Under the pieces are notes generated by a model. That model saw only the letters and a program-made list of their open reading frames with translations. It ran no database searches and had not been told where the DNA came from. 32,000 nucleotides of DNA from Nitrosopumilus sp. (GTDB lineage: Archaea; Thermoproteota; Nitrososphaeria; Nitrososphaerales; Nitrosopumilaceae): the NCBI GenBank assembly GCA_965238065.1, contig OZ250170.1:1148422-1180421 (forward strand), given 5' to 3'. This document shows, in pieces, positions 23,258 to 30,000 of this stretch. Each line of letters starts with the position of its first letter. The first letter of the stretch is position 1. The position numbers and the translations under genes are program-made.

Positions 23258-26200
23258 ATGTCTAAATTGAGAAGTCTACATTTGATCTTCATGTTTCTGA
23301 TATTAGCACTTGGGTCGTTGTATACTATAATGTACCAAAATGTATCTGCAACTGGAGACGAAATCATATCAAACACCATAGAAGTCAATGATCTTACAGC
23401 AGACGCCCTTGTCTTGTCTAATTATGATTACTTTGGACAATCCATTGCAAACATTGGCGACCTGAATGGTGACGGTGTATTAGATATTGCAGTTGGTGCA
23501 TCTGGTGATGATGCTGGTGGTGCTAATAGAGGCGCCATACATGTAATGCTTATGAACAGTGATGGAAGTGTATCAAACACCATAGAAATCAATGATCTTA
23601 CAGCAAACGGCCCTGTCTTGTCTGGTTTTGATTTCTTTGGATCATCCATTGCAAACATTGGCGACCTGAATGGTGACGGTGTATTAGATATTGCAGTTGG
23701 TGGTGCCAACAAAGGCACCATACATGTAATGCTTATGAACAGTAATGGAAGTGTATCAAGTACAATAAAAATCAATAGCAATACAGCAAACGGCCCTGTC
23801 TTGTCTAATTCTGATTTCTTTGGATCATCCATTGCAAACATTGGCGACCTGAATGGTGACGGTGTATTAGATATTGCAGTTGGTGCATCTGGTGATGATG
23901 CTGGTGGTACCGACAAAGGCACCATACATGTAATGCTTATGAACAGTAATGGAAGTGTATCAAACACCATAGAAATCAATGATCTTACAGCAAACGGCCC
24001 TGTCTTGTCTAATTCTGATTCCTTTGGACAATCCATTGCAAACATTGGCGACCTGAATGGTGACGGTGTATTAGATATTGCAGTTGGTGCATCTGGTGAT
24101 GATACTGGGGGTACTAGTAGAGGTGCCATACATGTAATGCTTATGAACAGTAATGGAAGTGTATCAAGTACAATAAAAATCAATAACAATACAGCAAACG
24201 GCCCTGTCTTGTCTGATAATGATTTCTTTGGACAATCCATTGCAAACATTGGCGACCTGAATAATGACGGTGTATTAGATATTGCAGTTGGTGCAACTGA
24301 TGATAATACTGGGAGTACCGACAAAAGTACCATACATGTAATGCTTATGAACAGTAATGGAAGTGTATCAAACACCATAGAAATCAATGATCTTACAGCA
24401 AACGGCCCTGTCTTGTCTGATAATGATTACTTTGGACAATCCATTGCAAACATTGGCGACCTGAATAATGACGGTGTATTAGATATTGTAGTTGGTGCAA
24501 CTGGTGATAATGCTGGGGGTACTCGTAGAGGCGCCATACATGTAATGCTTATGAACAGTGATGGAAGTGTATCAAACACCATAGAAATCAATGATTTTAC
24601 AACAAACGGCCCTGTCTTGTCTAATTTTGATTTCTTTGGATCATCCATTGCAAACATTGGCGACCTGAATAATGACGACATATCATATATTGCAGTTGGT
24701 GCAACTGGTGGTAATAGTAGAGGCGCCATACATGTAATGCTTATGAACAATGATGGAATCGTATCAAACACCATAGAAATCAATGATCTTACAGCAAACG
24801 GCCCTGTCTTGTCTGATAATGATTACTTTGGACAGTCCATTGCAAACATTGGCGACCTGAATAATGACGGTACATTAGATATTGCAGTTGGTGCACCTGG
24901 TGATGATACTGGGGGTAGCAACAAAGGCGCCATACATGTAATGCTTATGAACAGTAATGGAAGTGTATCAAACACCATAGAAATCAATGATCTTACAGCA
25001 AACGGCCCTGTCTTGTCTAATTTTGATTCCTTTGGACGCTCCATTGCAAACATTGGCGACCTGAATGGTGACGACATATTAGATATTGCAGTTGGTGCAC
25101 CTGGTGATGATACTGGTGGTAATAGTAGAGGCGCCATACATGTAATGCTTATGAACAGTGATGGAAGTGTATCGAGTACAATAAAAATCAATAACAATAC
25201 AGCAAACGGCCCTGTCTTGTCTAATTTTGATTTCTTTGGACAATCCATTGCAAACATTGGCGACCTGAATAATGATGGTACATTAGATATTGCTGTTGGT
25301 GCAATTGGTGATGGTCCTGGGGGTACCAACAAAGGTGCCATACATGTAATGCTTATGAACAGTAATGGAAGTGTATCGAGTACAATAAAAATCAATAACA
25401 ATATAACAAACGGCCCTGTCTTGTCTGATAATGATTTCTTTGGACAATCCATTGCAAACATTGGCGACCTGAATAATAACGGTGTATTAGATATTGCAGT
25501 TGGTGCATCTGGTGATGATACTGGGGGTACTAGTAGAGGCGCCATACATGTAATGCTTATGAACAGTAATGGAAGTGTATCAAACACCATAGAAATCAAT
25601 GATCTTACCGCAAACGGCCCTGTCTTGTATAATTATGATTACTTTGGACGCTCCATTGCAAACATTGGCGACCTGAATAATGACGGTGTATTAGATATTA
25701 CAGTTGGTGCATCTGATGATGATGCTGGTGGTACCGACAGAGGTGCCATACATGTACTGTTTATGAACAGTGTTAACACGACTTTGCCAACCATAACTAA
25801 CATCACATCTAATGCAATAACTTCTGGTGTACTCAAGGTAGGCGATACCATATCATTCACATTGACTCTGACTTCAGCTGAGAACGGTGCTACTATTAAT
25901 GGTACTTACAACTCTGTACCATTATCCTGGAACAGTATCAACAACGGAACCACATACACTGCAACATACACCATATCTGAAGGGGATGCGGATCAGACTA
26001 CACCACTTCAAATCACTGGTGTAACAATCACAGATAGTACAGGCAGTACGAGCTTGCCATTTAATGGTACTGACATACTAGATACCATTGATGCAAACTC
26101 TCCCCAATTCTCTAGTGCCCAAACCCTCTCAATTTCACAGATTGCAATCACACTAGACCAGAGTGTTACTGACTCTACTGCCACTCCTAATGACTTTACA

Positions 26201-28864
26201 CTTGGAGGGGTCACTGGCGGTTCAATTAATTCCATAGTGTCTGTCTTGAATGATATAATTACACTTGACATCACTGGTACGACAATCTCTGATAGTGATG
26301 ATGTGACTATATCTTATGCCAGAACGTCTGGATCAATTGATGATGTGTCTGGCAATTCATTGCTAGACTTTGCAAAAGATGTAGCAAACAATCTGGATAC
26401 CACTCCTCCAATGATAACCCTGATTGGTGACAATCCACAGACCATAGAGCAGGGAGCAGGATACACAGAACTAAACGCCACAACTAACGACGGCTCACCA
26501 GTTACCATAAACTCTGCAAATTTCACTGACGCAGTAGGTAATTACACCATCTATTATGATTCAACTGACACAGCAGGCAATACCGCAATCCAGGTCAGCA
26601 GAACTGTAAACGTAGTTACCCCCACTTTACCAACATTCTCATCAGCAGTACTAAATGAGGGAACTGGCATCTTTACAATCACATTTAGCGAGATAATTAA
26701 TGCCTCTGCCATAAACTCTGCTGGATTCTCCATCAGGGATAACAATACCAGTACTGGCGCTATAACACTATCAAATCTGGAACTAACCACAACTGCCAAC
26801 GGTGCAACAATATCATTCAACATGACTATGGCTAATCGTCAGTCCGTAATTGCATTTAACGTCTCAGTGCTGGACATTGGTGCCGGTGCAGTACAGGACA
26901 TTAATGGTAACGCAATTACATTGTCTGCAAACAATACCATCACAACCACTTCTGACAGCATTCCACCAGTCATTTCCCTGATTGGTGACAATCCACAGAC
27001 AATAGAACTTGGTGATGGCTATACAGAATTAAACGCCACAACTAACGACGGCTCTACAATAACCATAAACTCTGCAAATTTCACTGACGCAGTAGGTAAT
27101 TACACTATCTATTATGATTCAACTGATACAGCAGGCAATAACGCAATCCAGGTTAATAGGACTGTAAACGTAGTTGACACCACTCTACCAACACTCTCAT
27201 CAGCAGTACTAAATGAGGGAACTGGCACCTTTACAATCACATTTAGCGAGACAATTAATGCCTCTTCCATAAACTCTGCTGGATTCTCCATCAGGGATAA
27301 CAACAATAACACCAGTACTGGCGCTATAACACTATCAAATCTGGAACTAACCACAACTGCCAACGGTGCAACAATATCGTTCAACATGACTATGGCTAAT
27401 CGTCAGTCCGTAATTGCATTTAACGTCTCAGTGCTGGACATTGGTGCCGGTGCAGTACAAGACATTAATGGTAACGCAATTACATTGTCTGCAAATAATA
27501 CCATTACAACCACTTCTGACAGCATTCCACCAGTCATTTCCCTGATCGGTGACAATCCACAGACAATAGAACTTGGTGATGGCTATACAGAATTAAACGC
27601 CACAACTAACGACGGCTCTACAATAACCATAAACTCTGCAAATTTCACTGACGCAGTAGGCACTTACTATATCTATTATGATTCAACTGATACAGCAGGC
27701 AATAACGCAATCCAGGTTAATAGGACTGTAATTGTATCTGATACCACTCCACCAACATTCTCATCAGCTGCACTAAATGAGGGAACTGGCATCTTTACAA
27801 TCACATTTAGCGAGACAATTAATGCCTCTGCCATAAACTCTGCTGGATTCTCCATCAGGGATAACAACAATAACACCAGTACTGGCGCTATAACACTATC
27901 AAATCTGGAACTAACCACAACTGCCAACGGTGCAACAATATCATTCAACATGACTATGGCTAATCGTCAGTCCGTAATTGCATTTAACGTCTCAGTGCTA
28001 GACATTGGTGCCGGTGCAGTACAGGACATTAATGGTAACGCAATTACATTGTCTGCAAATAATACCATCACAACCACTCTTGATAGCATTCCACCAGTCA
28101 TTTCCCTGATCGGTGACAATCCACAGACCATAGAGCAGGGAGCAGGATACACAGAACTAAACGCCACAACTAACGACGGCTCACCAGTTACCATAAACTC
28201 TGCTGAATTCATGGATGCAGTAGACACATACTATATCTATTATGATTCTGTTGATATATCCGGAAATGTTGCCACTCAGGTTATCAGGACTGTAAACGTA
28301 ACGGATACTATCCCGCCAGCATTCTCATCAGCCGTTCTAAATGTGGAAACAGGTGTCATTACAATCCAATTTAGCGAGACAATCAATGTATCAACCATAA
28401 ATCCCATCGGACTATCAATACGGGATAACAATAGTGGTGCCGTAACACTCTCTGTTTCAGAACTAATCACAACTGCTAATGGTAGAACTATATCATTTAA
28501 CATGTCTCAAACCAAACTTGCATCAGTAACAGCATTCACCATGTCAGTGCTAGACATTGATGCTGCAGCAGTTAGTGATGTCTCTGGAAATAAGATTATC
28601 GTATCTACAGATAACCCCATCAGAGTCACTACTCTTCCGCACTCTCATACACCTTGCCATCTTCCCGGTTCTGGAGACTGGATAATTACAACTAGTTGTA
28701 TGCTTTCTACAAACTATGTGACTCTTGAAAATGTGATTGTACGAAATAACTCTGTCCTGATTATTCTTGATGAGATCACTCTGGATATCGACTTTCTAAA
28801 CAATAACCTCACAATAGAATCTGGAAGCGGGGTTTTGATTGAATCCGGCGGAACAATCACCTGA
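23258..28864 (+). CDS. Giant secreted/surface protein: 12 FG-GAP (integrin-alpha type) repeats, Ig-like domains, 4 tandem DUF5011-like + Ig-like double modules, beta-helix-like tail
   Basis: 1868-aa ORF. Signal-like MSKLRSLHLIFMFLILALGSLYTIMYQNVSA. 12 x FG(Q/S/R)SIANIGDLN(G/N)DGVLDIAVGA. 4 x PP(V/M)I(S/T)LIGDNPQTIE.G.GYTELNATTNDGS..TINS..F.DAVG.Y.IYYDS.D.(A/S)GN. Confidence 0.9.
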   Translation: MSKLRSLHLIFMFLILALGSLYTIMYQNVSATGDEIISNTIEVNDLTADALVLSNYDYFGQSIANIGDLNGDGVLDIAVGASGDDAGGANRGAIHVMLMNSDGSVSNTIEINDLTANGPVLSGFDFFGSSIANIGDLNGDGVLDIAVGGANKGTIHVMLMNSNGSVSSTIKINSNTANGPVLSNSDFFGSSIANIGDLNGDGVLDIAVGASGDDAGGTDKGTIHVMLMNSNGSVSNTIEINDLTANGPVLSNSDSFGQSIANIGDLNGDGVLDIAVGASGDDTGGTSRGAIHVMLMNSNGSVSSTIKINNNTANGPVLSDNDFFGQSIANIGDLNNDGVLDIAVGATDDNTGSTDKSTIHVMLMNSNGSVSNTIEINDLTANGPVLSDNDYFGQSIANIGDLNNDGVLDIVVGATGDNAGGTRRGAIHVMLMNSDGSVSNTIEINDFTTNGPVLSNFDFFGSSIANIGDLNNDDISYIAVGATGGNSRGAIHVMLMNNDGIVSNTIEINDLTANGPVLSDNDYFGQSIANIGDLNNDGTLDIAVGAPGDDTGGSNKGAIHVMLMNSNGSVSNTIEINDLTANGPVLSNFDSFGRSIANIGDLNGDDILDIAVGAPGDDTGGNSRGAIHVMLMNSDGSVSSTIKINNNTANGPVLSNFDFFGQSIANIGDLNNDGTLDIAVGAIGDGPGGTNKGAIHVMLMNSNGSVSSTIKINNNITNGPVLSDNDFFGQSIANIGDLNNNGVLDIAVGASGDDTGGTSRGAIHVMLMNSNGSVSNTIEINDLTANGPVLYNYDYFGRSIANIGDLNNDGVLDITVGASDDDAGGTDRGAIHVLFMNSVNTTLPTITNITSNAITSGVLKVGDTISFTLTLTSAENGATINGTYNSVPLSWNSINNGTTYTATYTISEGDADQTTPLQITGVTITDSTGSTSLPFNGTDILDTIDANSPQFSSAQTLSISQIAITLDQSVTDSTATPNDFTLGGVTGGSINSIVSVLNDIITLDITGTTISDSDDVTISYARTSGSIDDVSGNSLLDFAKDVANNLDTTPPMITLIGDNPQTIEQGAGYTELNATTNDGSPVTINSANFTDAVGNYTIYYDSTDTAGNTAIQVSRTVNVVTPTLPTFSSAVLNEGTGIFTITFSEIINASAINSAGFSIRDNNTSTGAITLSNLELTTTANGATISFNMTMANRQSVIAFNVSVLDIGAGAVQDINGNAITLSANNTITTTSDSIPPVISLIGDNPQTIELGDGYTELNATTNDGSTITINSANFTDAVGNYTIYYDSTDTAGNNAIQVNRTVNVVDTTLPTLSSAVLNEGTGTFTITFSETINASSINSAGFSIRDNNNNTSTGAITLSNLELTTTANGATISFNMTMANRQSVIAFNVSVLDIGAGAVQDINGNAITLSANNTITTTSDSIPPVISLIGDNPQTIELGDGYTELNATTNDGSTITINSANFTDAVGTYYIYYDSTDTAGNNAIQVNRTVIVSDTTPPTFSSAALNEGTGIFTITFSETINASAINSAGFSIRDNNNNTSTGAITLSNLELTTTANGATISFNMTMANRQSVIAFNVSVLDIGAGAVQDINGNAITLSANNTITTTLDSIPPVISLIGDNPQTIEQGAGYTELNATTNDGSPVTINSAEFMDAVDTYYIYYDSVDISGNVATQVIRTVNVTDTIPPAFSSAVLNVETGVITIQFSETINVSTINPIGLSIRDNNSGAVTLSVSELITTANGRTISFNMSQTKLASVTAFTMSVLDIDAAAVSDVSGNKIIVSTDNPIRVTTLPHSHTPCHLPGSGDWIITTSCMLSTNYVTLENVIVRNNSVLIILDEITLDIDFLNNNLTIESGSGVLIESGGTIT
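23365..25770 (+). repeat. 12 tandem coding repeats of ~180-204 bp (FG-GAP units) with high nucleotide identity
   Basis: Recurrent blocks such as ccattgcaaacattggcgacctgaat and catacatgtaatgcttatgaacagt recur with a ~200-bp period. Confidence 0.9.
26400..28640 (+). repeat. 4 tandem coding modules of 558-564 bp; the middle two are almost identical
   Basis: at(t/c)ggtgacaatccacagac starts at 26423, 26981, 27545 and 28109. Confidence 0.9.
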
Positions 28865-28891
28865 TGTTACTAGTCGGTATATTCAGATACT

Positions 28892-28944
28892 GTAACTGTC
28901 TAGAGTTTTGAAGTTCCTTCGTGTTTATGTCAAAAAAATAACCT
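28892..28944 (-). mobile_element. Half MITE-A (reverse orientation), truncated at the MITE-D junction
   Basis: gtaactgtctagagttttgaagttccttcgtgtttatgtcaaaaaaataacct is the reverse complement of the right half of MITE-A. The other half is absent. Confidence 0.8.
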
Positions 28945-29229
28945 AGAGTTTATGCGTAATTGACTAAACCACGTCGACTATTACAACAATACTCAAACAA
29001 AATCATTAGACGTATTGCGTAATTATTCCTAGACGTGGTTTTAGAAGATAATTTTTCGGATTATTCTGAAATTTTGGATTTTTAGGCATAAAATTACACA
29101 AGATATCGAATGTTGAAAAAAATCACACAAATTACGCAAAAGGTCTATTGGCATCATATCAGCTGTGAACAAGTTGATACGTACAAGTTGAATGTTGTTT
29201 CTTATTTTGGTCAATTACGCATAAACTCT
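28945..29229. mobile_element. MITE-D: 285-bp element with perfect 20-bp terminal inverted repeats
   Basis: AGAGTTTATGCGTAATTGAC (28945-28964) and GTCAATTACGCATAAACTCT (29210-29229). No ORF. The interior has four ATTACGCA/TGCGTAAT motifs plus one variant, and a 10-bp stem aaaccacgtc/gacgtggttt. Confidence 0.75.
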
Positions 29230-29451
29230 TCTACATTGTTTTTCCTGATAATTTGAGCAGTGAATTGATTCCACATTCAGAATACTCAGCAATAATCAAG
29301 TTCAGTGAATCACTCTTGCAGTCTGAATTTTTTCCAGGTGTATATATTCAGGCATTTTTTAAATTAACGACCAGTCCAATATAGAAGGATTGATACATTT
29401 AGAAAATTCTGCAAAATATCATATATAGGAAGACCAGATTCGCAAGACCAT

Positions 29452-29598
29452 TCACAATTCCTCAAAAGAATTTTTATAACAATTTGGGTTTGCTTTGAGC
29501 TGTTCATCTACAATTTTTTGTGAGAATTTATGTTCTGTAACCATGTGCTGTGGAATGTCATCACACTTTTTTTTACAGGTTCTGCACACATATGTCAT
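29452..29598 (-). CDS. Small C2H2-like zinc-finger protein, 48 aa
   Basis: Own translation: MTYVCRTCKKKCDDIPQHMVTEHKFSQKIVDEQLKANPNCYKNSFEEL* (C-x2-C-x9-H-x4-H). Below the track cutoff. Lies between MITE-D and the IS-derived MITE. Confidence 0.4.
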   Translation of the reverse strand: MTYVCRTCKKKCDDIPQHMVTEHKFSQKIVDEQLKANPNCYKNSFEEL

Positions 29599-29647
29599 AT
29601 CTAATTTCCAATGATTTTCAGGTACTATTAGAACTATTGTTTTATCT

Positions 29648-29996
29648 CAGTTAATCCAGATGTGCTCAAAATCGGCTAAAAATGCAAAGATATAGTCAAA
29701 ACCCAGTAGATGGGAAAGTAGGTTATAAAAGCTCGATTTTCGTGGCTTTTTGAGGGTCAAAAATTCCTAGTTCTTACAAATTGTGATGAAAACATCTTGA
29801 ATCAATCGATTTACGCATAAAAACTAGCAAAAACAGATCAGTTACAAATCCTATAATCTCAAGACTTGTAATCTAAAGAAATTCGGTCAAAAATACACGA
29901 AAAACAAAGAATTTGATTTTACTTTCCCATCTACTGAAACCACCTCCTGTTCCACCTCCGGATTGGTCATGATTGTGAGCACATCTGGGTTGACTG
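29648..29996 (+). mobile_element. 349-bp MITE (MITE-E) derived from the IS4/ISH3-type IS at 11487-12788
   Basis: The first ~45 bp match the IS left end with 2 mismatches. The last 61 bp are ~88% identical to the IS right end. No transposase. 5-bp direct repeat TATCT at 29643-29647 and 29997-30001. Confidence 0.85.
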
Positions 29997-30000
29997 TATC

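Noticed and set aside
23428-28503. Series of minus-strand ORFs (23428-24387, 24427-24783, 24823-25599, 25639-25860, 26008-28503 pieces) inside the giant gene
   Set aside because: They are periodic antisense shadows of the FG-GAP and Ig-module repeats. Each ends at the same repeat position and none has an independent start context or motif.
3834-29229. Possibility that the recurring ~83-bp and ~100-bp repeats form a CRISPR array
   Set aside because: Spacing is irregular (tens to thousands of bp) and copies occur in both orientations. Each copy has terminal inverted repeats and 8-bp target duplications, and copies are nested in one another. No cas genes are present.
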